DNA from: Candidatus Methylomirabilota bacterium | Lineage (GTDB): Bacteria; Verrucomicrobiota; Verrucomicrobiia; Limisphaerales; SXQI01 | Direction: 5' to 3' | DNA length: 64,000 bases | Assembly (NCBI GenBank): GCA_035627835.1 | Contig: DASPKX010000147.1 | Location: 8,964 to 72,963 of the forward strand | Shown here: one piece after another, positions 46,563 to 59,300 of the stretch | Numbering within the stretch: position 1 is the stretch's first letter | Layout of the letters: every line of letters begins with the position of its first letter | Program-made: the position numbers and the translations under genes | Notes under the pieces: generated by a model | Told to the model about the DNA's origin: nothing | Database searches by the model: none | The model's input: the letters and a program-made list of their open reading frames with translations, nothing else

Positions 46563-47291
46563 TCAACGACGCCCATCGTACCAAATTGCGCAGGCGGCAC
46601 GGTCCTTCACCACGCGACCGCGAGTCGTGAAGAACCGGAGGAAAAGTTTTAGATACTCCGTGCGGGAATACAGCTTGGCTTTCCGCGCGGAGGTCAGCAG
46701 AGGATGTTTTCGAAGAATGACGATCTTCTTCCCTTCTCGCGCCGCCCACTTGTGCAAACGCTGGCTGAGGTCCAGCTCTTCGCTAACGTAAAGGTTCGAG
46801 CTAAACCCGCCGACTTCTCGGAAAGCTCGGGTATCGCAGAAGATGAAGGAACCGGCCATCCACTCGCGGTTTTTGCTGATTTGGTTCCAGACCCAAGTGG
46901 CGAAATCCATTGCCCAATCGCGAGCATCCATCCGCACAACCGCTCCACCAGCGGCGACTTTGCCAGACTCAATCTGCGCAGCCATGTCATTGAGCAATTG
47001 GCGGGAGGGATAAGAGTCAGCGTCCACGAACAACAGCCAATCGCCAGTGGCAGCTTCAGCCCCGCGGTTCCGGGCGCGGCCAATCTGGTTGATCGGCTCA
47101 AACACGACGGTGGCGCCTTTGGCCTTGGCGATGTCAGCCGTACCATCGGTGGAGTTATTGTCACATACGATCAACTCCCAACTCCAACCGCGCTGCGTTA
47201 GAGCCGCCGCAGCAGCCTTAATCGCCTCCAAGGATGAGGCCAGCAGCTTCGCTTCGTTGAAAGCGGGGACGACGATGGAGAGTTTCATCAT
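46563..47291 (-). CDS. Glycosyltransferase family 2
   Basis: IVVPAFNE, VCDNNSTD, ARNRGA and FVDAD. Confidence 0.92.
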   Translation of the reverse strand: MMKLSIVVPAFNEAKLLASSLEAIKAAAAALTQRGWSWELIVCDNNSTDGTADIAKAKGATVVFEPINQIGRARNRGAEAATGDWLLFVDADSYPSRQLLNDMAAQIESGKVAAGGAVVRMDARDWAMDFATWVWNQISKNREWMAGSFIFCDTRAFREVGGFSSNLYVSEELDLSQRLHKWAAREGKKIVILRKHPLLTSARKAKLYSRTEYLKLFLRFFTTRGRVVKDRAACAIWYDGRR

Positions 47292-47364
47292 GGGACTCTA
47301 CTCGTGAAGCGAGTCCATGCAATGTAGGACAGGTGAACGAACCCTTCGTTCTGCGAGGACTTGA

Positions 47365-50300
47365 TTAACGGCGGACGTCTTTGGAGGACTTGCCGTTGCC
47401 GGGTTGTGGATCGGAAGGGGCGCCCGTTTGATCACCGGCTTGAGGATCACCTTGCATGACCAAACCGAGTTCGCCGTAAGGCTCGCCATTGCGCGCTGGT
47501 GTGCCCAAGCCGCCGCCTGTGCGGGTCTGGTCAGCCCCATCGCTCTTGCTGACGGCGTAGAGGAGATCGCGGGTGTCCGGGTTTAATGCGCGGATAATCG
47601 TTGCGGCGCCATAAGGGCTGAACGGAACGACGTAGCTATTGAATTCACCGTGTGAGTCCACCATGCGGTCTGCGCCAGTGTTGCCCAGCATGTAATCCAG
47701 GCCGCCGCCGCCGTAGGCCAAGTCAGCGTCACCGTACAGGCCTGCGTCAGGAGCGTCATTCAGGCCGCCGTTTGTTTCGAGATTGTCGTCGGAATTCAGG
47801 AGGTCATCGCCCAGGCCGCCGAACATGTGGTCGGAGTTAGTGCCGCCGACGAGCCAGTCATTGCCCAGGTCACCGAACAGGACGTCGTTGCCGTCATTGA
47901 CCTTGTTAGTGGTTGCGCCAACGAACGCTTCGAAGTTGAGCGCATGGCCAGCAACTTTCAGCAGCGCGTTGTTTTCGTTGTAATCGGTGAATTCGCGGAC
48001 CGTGGCATCGTAAACGATTGCTCGGGCCGTCGAAGGCGCAACGTAGATGGAGTCGAGGGCTTCCGCGCCAGAGATGCCGTCGTCCCCTGCTCCGCCGTGC
48101 AGGAAGTCGTCACCGAGGCCGCCGTAGATCAGGTCGTTGCCACCAATGTCGAATGGTTCCAAATCGACCGCTTTATTCAGTCGCCCAGTCGCGTTCAGAA
48201 TGTAGCTAGCGGCCATGGATTTGGATTGGATCGAACTCTGGGCCACAGCAACCAAACCATAGAGCGGTTCAGCGATGCCGTTGCGGGAGGTCAGGATCTT
48301 GCCGTCATCACCAAGGATGCCGTCTTCGCCTGTGCCGCCGCTCAGCCAGTCGTTACCGGATTCGCCGTAGAGATCATCGTCCTGGCCTTCGCCGTAGATC
48401 ACGTCATTGCCGCTGGCGCCGTGGAGGATGTCATCCCCAGCTTCGCCGTGAATCACATCACCAGCGCCGATGTCATCTGAGGCCACACCATTTGCGGTGT
48501 AGTCGATGAGATCAATCGCGCGTGGGATGATGCGGATCGTGCCGCCGTAGTTATCGTAGTTGAAGGTGAGGAATGCTCCTGAGGCCGAGCCTTTGCCAAT
48601 TGGGCGGAAGATTCTGCCGTTGTCGCCGAGCACCATGTCTGCGTCACGTGAATGCGCGTTTACGCCGGATGCGCCGACAGTGTTGCGTGCCAGGTCGATG
48701 CCCGAGCCGCCAAAGATCAAGTCGCCGCCATCTGGGCGTTGAGCCGGTGTGGTCAGACCAAAGAGATCCGAATTCCCGCCGATGATGTCGTCCTGGCCTT
48801 CGTTGCCGTAGATACGATCATCGCCACCATTGCCCTCGATGTAATCGTCACCGTCGTTGGCGGCTGTCACTGAAGCATTGGCTGCATCGTGATCGATGCT
48901 GCTATCGCCTTGGATGATTTCGTTGCCTAGTTGGCCAAAGATCAAGTCATCGTGAGCCCCGCCAGCAATGACATCGTTGCCAAAAACCATTGCGGCTGGT
49001 GTGATGGAATGGTCCAAAAGAATGATGTCTCGGCTTGCAGCACCGGTCGGGATCGCTTGAGCTTGTGCAGCCACGGCCGCTGAGCCATCAGTCGAGTACA
49101 GAAGGTTCCCGAGCAACACTCGGACGCGTGAAGTGACTGAATCGCCACGGCGGATGATCCAGGCATTGTCACCCGCGATCACATCGTTGCCGGTGCCGCC
49201 ATCAAGTTTGTCATTAAACCCGGAGACGCCTTCGATCTCGTCATGGCCGAGCACAACATTGTGGCCGCCGATGATATCGTCATCATCCGCGTCGCCGTAA
49301 ACCACATCGTCGCCCTGCCCGCCGAGAATAATGTCATCGCCAGCGTCGCCATGGATAAAGTCAGCAGCCCCGAGATCAGTGCTTTGGGTGTCGATTGAGC
49401 GGAAATTGTCATTGGCCGGCAGGCTGTAGTCGATGCGGCCGTGATCCCCGAAAACGAGGTCTTTCTCGCTGCCAGCGGAGATGGTGTCGCTCAATGTGCC
49501 GCCGAAGATCAGATCGTCGCCTTCGTTGCCGAAAATAGTGTCATTGCTGCCGATCGTGGGCTGAATCGTTGTGATGATTGAACGGGCGCCGTTGTTGTGG
49601 CGGAGGATCGAGGCGTTGTCGCCGAGAACAACGTCGTTGTTGGCTTGAGCTGTGATGGTGTCTGAACCAAAGCCGCCGAGGACGATGTCGTCACCTGCGC
49701 CGCTGAACACAACATCTGCGCCGCCGCGGGCAAAATCATGGCTGACCAGTTCGGTCCAGATGCCGGACTGCAGAATGTTGAGAGTGGCCTGGTCACCGGC
49801 TACGATGTCGGAGCCACTGAGCGTCACGATGGCATCCGAGCCCAAGCCGGCGAAAACGATGTTGTCGCCTTCTCCAGCATTGATCGAGTCGTCGCCGACT
49901 TCGCTGAGCAATCCGTCGGTGGTCGTGAGCTGGGTGAGCTTGCCGTTGGTGTAGGTCAGCTGCCCTTGGTCACCAACGATAATGTCGCTGTTGGCATCGC
50001 CGGTGATGGTGTCACTCGCCGTTCCGCCGAGGATGATATCATCGCCAGCATTGCCATGAATTTCGTCAGGGCTGCCGATGGACGGGGCGGTTGTCTGGAT
50101 CAGTGACAACCAACCATTGTTTAGACGAGAGATCGAGCCATTGTCCCCGATGACGAGGTCCGAGCCTTCCTCGGCCGTAATGGTGTCATGGCCGAAGCCG
50201 GCGAGCACAATGTCCTCACCTGCGCCGCTGAAGATCACATCATCCCCGCCGCGTGCGAAGTCATGGGTGACGAGGCTCGTCCAGACGCCGGTCTCAAGGA

Positions 50301-53300
50301 TATTGAGCGTGCCTTGATCGGCCACGATAATGTCGGCGCCGGTCAAGGTTGCGATGCTGTCAGAGCCGAGGCCGCCGAAGACAATGTTGCTGCCTTCTTC
50401 CGCGTTGATGGTGTCAGCGCCCACTTCCGCTAAGGTTCCATCGGTCGTCGTGATCTGGGTCAGATGACCGTTGGTGTAGGTCAAGAGACCCTGGTCGCCG
50501 ATCACGATATCATTGCCGCTGTGGGCTTCGATATGATCGCCCGCAGCGCCGCCGATCACGATATCATCCCCTTCATTACCGTTGAGGAGGTCAGCCGCGC
50601 CTTGCTCAGGAGCAACCGAGGCCATGCTAATGAACAGGCCGGTGCTGGTGCGGTTCAGCTCGCCGTTATCTCCAATGACGATGTCGGCGTTCGCCTCAGC
50701 ACTCACAGTGTCCTGAGCATAGCCCGCCAGCACAATATCCGCTCCAGCACCGGTAGCGATCATATCGTCACCACCGCGTGAAACGTCGTGTGAAGTCAGT
50801 TTCGTCCACACCCCGGCTTCAGTAATCGTGAGCGTGGCCTGGTCACCAGCGATGATGTCAGCACCGGAAAGAGTAATGATCGAGTCGTTGCCGAGGCCAC
50901 CGAAGACAACATTGTCACCTTCGCCTGCGGAGATGGTGTCTCCGGCTGCTTCTTGTGCATCACCGTCTGTGTTGGTGATTTCAGTCAAATGACCGTTCGA
51001 GTAGCTCAGCTTGCCCTGGTCGCCAATGATGATGTCATTGCCAGCATCGGAGGCGATACTGTCACCTGCTGTGCCGCCGAGGATGATGTCATTGCCATCC
51101 TGGCCGTGGAGAATGTCCGAGCTGCCGAAGAGCGGCGCTGAGGTCTCGATGATGGCCAACCAGGCGTTGGCCTGCCGGAGGATCCTGCCGTTGTCACCTA
51201 TCAGAGTGTCGTCCCCGGCTTGGCCGAGAACGAGATCTTCACCGCAACCAGCGAGCACAACGTCCGAGCCGTTGCCGGCGTGGATGGTGTCAGAGCCGCC
51301 GCGTTCAGTGTCGTGGCTAACGAACTCGAACCAAACGCCAGCTTCGTGGATGTTCAAAGTGGCCTGATCGCCAGCAATGAGATCTGTGCCTGATTGTGTG
51401 GTGATTGTATCGTCGCCGAGGCCCGCGATGACGACGTTGTCACCCTCACCTGCGCTGATCACGTCACCACCGACTTCAGTCAACTGGTTGTCGGTCGAGG
51501 TGATCTGGACGAGGTAACCGTTGGTGTAGGTGAGCAACCCTTGATCACCGACGAGGATATCATTGTCATTTCCGCTGTTGAGCAGGTCACCGGCGGCGCC
51601 GCCTAGAACAATGTCGTTCCCTTCAGCGGTCGAAATTGTGTCAGACGCACCGATGGATGGGCTGATGGTGCGGATAGTGACAAGAACGCTGTTTAAATAA
51701 TCGATCTGAGCGCTATCACCGATGGCGATGTCGTCGCCAGATTCACCGTCAATAAGGTCACTGTCGGCGCCGCCCACGAGGACATCAGCGGCCGCTCCGC
51801 CGTTCAGGATGTCGGCGCTGCCGTCAGCGGTAGCCGTGCTCGTTACGAAGTCCAGCAGGCCAGCGGGGGTGCGGAGGATTTGACCGTTATCGCCGATAAT
51901 GAGGTCAGCACCGGCCTCCCCATTAGCAACATCATTACCTTGGCCAGCAATCACTGTGTCGTCACCGCTGCCCGCATTGATTGTATCAGCACCGCCACGA
52001 GCAGTGTCGTGACTGAGTGAGTCGTGCCAAACGCCCGTGGAGGAAATCTTCACGGACCCTTGATCACCGAAGACGAGGTCCGCGCCGCTGAGGGTCACAA
52101 TTTCGTCACTGCCCAGGCCACCGAGAACAATGTTATTGCCTTCACCACTGTTGATCGTGTCGTCGCCCACTTCGGCCAGCGCTCCGTCCGTGGTCGTAAC
52201 GAAAGTCAGATCCCCATTGGTGAAGCTGACGGATCCCTGATCGCCAAGAAGAACATCGTCGCCATCATTACCGAAGACGGAGTCTGAGCCAGCGCCCGAG
52301 AGAATGATGTCGTTCCCTTCGTTGCCGTGAACTGTGTCAGCGGCGCCGTAAGATGGAGCTGTGGTCGCGGCGCCGATGAGTACGGCGAAGGATGTTCTCG
52401 TTACAGACCCGTTATCACCGAGAACGAGGTCAGCGCCAGCGCCTGCGGTGATTGTGTCTGCGTCAAAACCACCGATCAGAACGTCATTGCCAGCAGCGCC
52501 GTTGAGAGTGTCGGATGCACCGCGGCCATGATCCTGGCTGCTTGCCTCGGTCCAGACACCTGCGACGGTCAGTGTCACGGTCGCTTGGTCGCCGATGAGC
52601 AAGTCGTTGCCCTCAGCAGCTTGAAGAGTGTCGGCACCTAGACCGCCGACGAGAATGTTATCCCCGGAACCGGATGTCAGAGTGTCGGAGGCGTATTCAG
52701 CGGCGTTTCCGTCGGTTGTTGTTACAGCCGTAAGAGCGCCGTTGGTGTAGGTGGCAATCGCCTGGTCGCCGATCAAGATGTCGTTGCCTGCCTCACCATG
52801 GATCGTATCTGTGTTGGTTCCGCCAATCAGCAGATCATTGCCATCCCACCCCCACAGCGTGTCGGCCGCCCCATTCGCTGGGCTGGTGGATGCGATGCTG
52901 ATCCGATTGGCGCCAGAGAAGATCGCCTGGGCATTATCACCCACGAGGGCGTCATTGCCGATCCAACCGAAGAGAACATCCGCGCCGATACCGCCGACCA
53001 AGGTGTCGTTGCCCCTTTCCCCGTGCAGAACGTCGTCTGCACCAGTGGCGGTGAGAATGGACGTGGCAGAGCCAAGAGCGCCATTGCTGTAGAGCAGTTC
53101 CGCGTGATCGCCAAAGAGGATGTCGTCCCCGTCCCAGCCCCAGAGTGTGTCAGCGCCGCCACCGGAGATCAGAACATCACTGCCGATGTCGCCGTAAAGG
53201 GTTTCTGATTGAGCGCCATCCTGGTCGCTGGATGTCACCCGTACTAGAACCCCATTGGAATAGTCGATGGAAGCGCCGGAGCTGACGAGAATGTCGTTCC

Positions 53301-56300
53301 CAGCGTGACCAGCCAAGGTATCGACGCCGCCGCTGCCCACGAGGATGTCGTTGCCGTCATCCCCGTTCAAGGTCTCGTTCGTGGAAGGACCATTGTACGA
53401 TTCAGCAGAGTTTAAAAGACCGTGGTTTGTCCGGGTGATGCGGCCATTATCGCCGAAGACCAGGTCATGACCGGAACCAGCGAAGAAGGCATCAACACCT
53501 TCACCCCCGAGGATCATGTCGTTATCCGCGTCACCGTAGATGGTGTCCCCTGAGCCCACAAAGTCGTGAGTCGTGGCGTTGTTCCAGGCGCCCCAGAAAT
53601 AATGGACAGTGGCATTGTCGCCGATAATCAAATCTGCGCCATTCCAACCCGCAAGCAGGTCAGCGCCGACGCCGCCAACCAGAATGTCGTTTCCGTCATC
53701 AGCGTAGAGATCATCTCCTGCCCCTGCTGCCGAAGTTGATTCGAATTTGGCTGCTTCATTAGCGCCGGTGTTCCGGTCGAAGGAGAATTCAAGATATCCT
53801 TCGTCACCAGCGAGCAAATCGTCGCCAGAACCGCCGGAGAGGAAGTCAGCCCCTGCGCCGCCGATCAGGAAGTCGGCGCCATCATGACCGAACAAGGTAT
53901 CATTGCCGCCCTGGCCGCTGTTGACCGATTTGGCGAAGTAAACTGGGACACCGAGTTCCCACTCGAAGTCGATGTTATCGCCAGCGATGATATCCCGGCC
54001 ACTGCCGCCGTGGATTGTATCGTTGCCCATGCCGCCAACGATGATGTTCGTTCCACTCCACTCGTAGATCTCATCGTTGCCGCCATTGCCGAAAATTTGA
54101 TCGTCACCGGAATCGCCGTGGATCACGTCAGCGCGGCCGCTGCCCTCGATACGATCGTCACCGGAGCCGCCGTAAATGACAGCATTCCCCAGGAACGCAT
54201 CGGTTAGGATAATCAGGTCGTTGCCAGAACCGCCACTAATGGTGGAAGTGCGGCCGGAGAGGGAAGTTCCTTCGTAGATCAACTGGTCGTCACCACTGCC
54301 ACCTTCCAATTCGACTGGAGCAGTGACACCGTCACCCACAAGGATAAAGTCGTCGCCATTGCTGAAATCACCGACGATCTTCTTGACGCCTGTGAACCGT
54401 TGCTTGCGACCCCAGGCGGTCACATTGATGGTTTCGCCCTCTGGGTCGGAAGCACTGCCTGCAACATGCTCGATGATGTAGGTTTCGCTGGCGTCATCTT
54501 CCTCAAGGTTGCGCCAGTTCGCGCGGTCACCAACATTGAGGTAAAGGGTGCCGTTGCCGCCTTGGTCCGCGCCGACCCACTCTTCGGGTTGTGAGGCGAG
54601 GCCGCCGAGGTAAACAGGCTTTGGAATGCGGATGTAACCGAGTGTGAAACTGGCGCTCTTGCGGAAGGTCCAGAACAGGAACTCGATTTCAATCGTGACC
54701 GATGCGACAACTTTGATGCGTTCATCGCCACCTTTGGTCCGCTTGGCGCTGAACTCGAATTCAAGAGCTACGCCAGCCAGCTTGAACCCGAAGAGACGGG
54801 CTGACACTTCGCCACGGCCCCAGATGCCGAAATCTTCCTCCCCAACGTCGCCCGTGAACCAGACTTTGAAGCTAACTGCTCCGACGAGGCCGTTGCTGCG
54901 GGAGCCGAGGACGATCTCACCGTAGAAATTAACTTCGAAGTGACCGTTGGAATCGATCCATCCGTCCGCATCCAATGTAGCAAGCCCGAAGAAGCTCATT
55001 CCGGCAGAGAACTCGATCTTCCAGGCACCATTGCGAACGTTCATCGTGAACGATGCGTCCATGCTGAAGATCTTGAGGATGGTCAGCTCACCGTTGAGGT
55101 GGAGGCGGAAGGAGTTGGCCGGTATGCCGTTGACGCTTGAGTCCGTGGTGTTGATGCGTAGTTGACCGCTGGCTTCAAACTCAACGATCGAAAGCACATC
55201 TGCCTCAACGGAAACATTAACACTGAGCACGATGCCCCCGCTGCGGAAGATGCCGAAGCCATCGACGTGAACGTCCAGGGGGCCAAGCACCAGCGTGGCG
55301 TCAATATCGATGCGCAGCTCGTTATTGCGGAAGGCAATCTCGAGCTTGCCGGAGGCTGTCGCAAAACCGAGGAATTCAATAGAGCCAGTAATGCGAATCA
55401 GAATGCCAGGAGCGATGGTCGTGGCGCGCGCTCCGAGGGACATTCCGACTGGCAATGTGGCGTTATGGCCGGTGGTGTTGATTTCGAGAGTGAAAGTTCC
55501 CGTGATCTTCACCCCTGCCCCGCCGCCGAAGTCGTTACCCACGCCGGCGCTGATATCGATTCGCGCCACGATCCCGTCGTTCCGCACAGCGAGCCCTGCC
55601 TGAACAGCGATCTCACCGATGAAGCCTACTTTGAGATAACCATCCACCCCAATCACAATCCCGTTGGAATTCCCTGTGAACTCAAACTGGGTCTTGAGTT
55701 CAAAGCTGTTAACAAACGACAGAGTGCCCGCGCCGAAAACGCGAACAGTGCGGCCTTCAATAGTTACAGTTTCGATTTCGTCGGTGAACGTGCCTGTGCG
55801 TTTGTTAACCACGGGGCGGCTAATCTCAGCTGCGGCAGCTTTCGTGTTCAGCTCGACTTTAAAGCGTCCCGAAATCGTGATGCCTAACGCGGCGGCAATA
55901 TTCGGCGCGGTTTGAAGGGTCGCGTCAAGGCTCGCGACCAAACCTTCGGAACTAATCTGCAAATTGCCCACGATGTTGGCGGAGCCAATCGGTCCCAAGC
56001 CCATGGCCGCAGCCATCATCATGTCCAACTTCTCGCCGCTGGCTTCGAACCAAAGGTTTGCCTGGAGAACGAGACTCCCAGCAACGCTGATTTCAGCAGC
56101 CGCGTTGATGACGAGATAAACGCCAGGAGCGCCGATGGACCCGTTGAGCTGCGGGGCTCCTTTCGGAATGACGAACGCCTTCGTCCCATCCGCATTCGTT
56201 ATGAGTGCAGCTTGCGTTTCGGGGGCGAGGAATTGAACGTAGCTGGCCGGGACCGTGACAGATTGGTTTAAGCCGCTCGTGTTGACCCGCAGACGAGCTG

Positions 56301-59300
56301 TGGAGGTGTTGCTGAAAGTCGAGGCTAAGTCACCGCCAAAGGATAAGGTTAACGAAACATCGGCGGCAAAGCCCTCCTCGTTCAGGACAAAGACGGCGCG
56401 ACCATGAAGGTTCAGGGCGTCGCCGCCGGGAACGCCGAGCTTCACCGAACCATCGGCAAACAAACTAATGCTGCCAGTAGTGACAGAGAACACGAAGGCG
56501 CCACTGATTTCCAGCAGTTGTGTGTTCGTGCCAGGAATCTTAAGTCCAACTTTGCCCGCAAGTTGAGCCTGGATGAAGACTTCGCTGAAATCGATGACAA
56601 TGGTGTCACCACCCGTATCGAGGACAAGGCCAGCCTGGCCGTTATTCGCGGACGCTGCGAAATCACCCTTGGTGAAATCGATGGCGGAGAGGCCGGAGGT
56701 GAGACCAACGCCAAGGTTCAGGTCCAACTTAATGTCGCGGAAGGTCGCGGTCAGAAAATCCAGGCCAACAACATCCACGCCCCCAATTTCACCTTTAATA
56801 GCGAGGTAGCGGGCTGGGTCGAGCAGGTTGGTTGGGATGAAAAGAGCGGCTCCGATGGTGACGTCGTTGATTGAGAGACCAATCGCGTCCGCATCAGGCG
56901 CATCATAGATCGGCGAGCTTGGGTTTGTCGTAATGATGCCATCACCGTTGCGGTCAGCCCAGTAAGGGCCGTTCGCTCCGATAAAACCAAACAGGTCGAT
57001 ACCTGCGATCGTGAGGCTCGTAACTTCCTTGTGCTGCCCGTTCGTCAGTTGAACGTCGTAAACAGCGCCCTTCGTGATCTCGATTCCACCGACCAGGTTC
57101 AGCACCCCAAGAATGTCGATGACGACCTTGGAGGAAGCCGCACGGATATAGTGACTCTCCATGTCGAGAGTCACAGTTATTGGCGTCTCCATACCGTCCA
57201 CGATGGTTACGGCGCCGGTTGGAACTTTGTAGCCAGCTGTTTCAGGACCGTTTCCATCGGGGTCAGGGAAGCTCGCGACGAAGTCAACAACCGGAGGATT
57301 GAGCGGGTTGCCAATGACTTTACCAATATTCAGTTCGACGGCCAAGTCCTTGGCGGAAATCTCGATGCCATCGATGCCAATCAAGCCCGCGTTATCGGCG
57401 CTGATGCTAACGGCATAGTAACGGCTAGGATCAATTGGGTTCGTCGGCGTCATGATTGCCACGCCGAGATCGAGGTTATCCAGGACGAACCCTACTGCTG
57501 AAGAATTGACGGTATCTGAACCGTTGATAACACCATCGTTGTTGGTGTCTGAGCGATATGGCCCATTAACGCCGACAAACGCTTGAACATCGGAAGCTCC
57601 GATGGTCAGGAACTCGAGTTCGGTTTCCCGGCCAGCAAACCCGAAGGAAGAGAGAGTGATGTCGTAAGCGTTGCCCTTTGTGAACGCGAAGCTGCCTTGC
57701 AGATGAACAAACCCGCCAATCCCCAACACTGCTTGTTCAACGGCGACTTCAATGACTGCGTCTTCGAAGTTAAGATAGACAGGATCCTGGCCCGTTGGGA
57801 TGGCAAAGCCTGCACCGTCATCAACTTCGGCGAAGTTGATAGCGTCTGGAGCCCACAACGGGTTTTCAAGAGGGTGAGAAACCTGGTTCAGACCAACTGT
57901 AATACCGCGACCTGACAATTGGAAATCATCACCAAGGCCAACGAACTCGATGGAGCCTGCGCTCGCGGAGAGCGCGAAGTAACTGGTCGCATCAAAAATG
58001 TTGGTTGGCTCGAAAATGCCAACACCGACATCGAGATCTTCCAGGGCCAAACCGATCGCGCCGCTATCCTCGTCTGCGGAAATGTTGCCGTTTTGATCAC
58101 GGACCCAGTATGGCCCATTCCAACCGACGAAGGCGTAAACGTTGCTCGCACCAATGGTCATGGTCTCGACTTCGACCATGTCACCACCTGTAGTCGGCAG
58201 CTCGACAGTTTTGCCCTTCTGGAATTCAAAACTGCCAGTGAGGTAAACGAACTTGGAAATCTTCAGGGTCGCTTGCTCGACGGACACCCCGACGAAAGCG
58301 TCGTCATAGTCAAGGTAAACAGAGTCATCGCCGGTTGGAACTTCGAAGCCGAGACCGTCATTTAGGGCCGGGAAGTAAATCGGATCAGGCCCGAGCAACC
58401 CACCCAACTCAATTAACGCGGTGGCTTCATTGAGGGACAGAGTGATGTTCTTCCCAGAGAGTTCGAAATCATCTTCCAATCCGACGAACGCGATGGATTC
58501 AGCGGAGGCCTTCAGCGCGCGATAGCTTACATCATCAAATGGATTGGTTGGCTCGAACAATGCCATGCCAAAATCAAGATCTTCCAATGCCAAGCCGATG
58601 GCTTCGTTATTCGGGTCAACGATCACTTCGCCGGCATTGTTACGGGTCCAGTATGGACCACCCCAACCAACGAAAGCATAGACGTTGCTTGCGCCGATCG
58701 TCATTGTTTCAACTTCCTTCCATTCCAAGTCGCCCTCAGAGCCAACTGGAACTTCGGTCGTCTTCCCCTTCTCGAATTGGAAGCTGCCGGTCAGGTAAAC
58801 GAATTGCGAAATCTGGAGTGTGGCCCGCTCAACAGAGATGCTCAGGTAAGCGTCATCAAAGTCGAGGAGCACAGGAGCGCCGCCTGTTTCAACCTCAAAC
58901 CCGCCACCTTCAAGGCCAGGGAAATAGATCGGAGTTTCGAACATATCGAGCACCAATGGGCTCGAACCTTGGTTCAAACTGACGCTGATATTCTCACCAG
59001 AGAGTTGGAAATGCTCACCCAAGCCGACGAAGCTAACGCTTTGCGCGGTGGCTTTCATGGCCATGTATTCGTAAGCATCCAGAGGATTGGTCGGCTCAAA
59101 TATAGCCAATCCGAAATCCAGATCCTGCAGCGCTAGACCAATCGCTTTGCTGGTTGGGTCGGCGACAATCGAGCCATCGACATTCCTCTTCCAGTATGGG
59201 CCGTCCCAACCGACGAAGGCATGAACATCGCTTGCGCCGATGGTCAGCGTCTCGACTTCCTTCCAATCTTCGGGATCCTGCCCCTCCTCGGTTGGCACAC

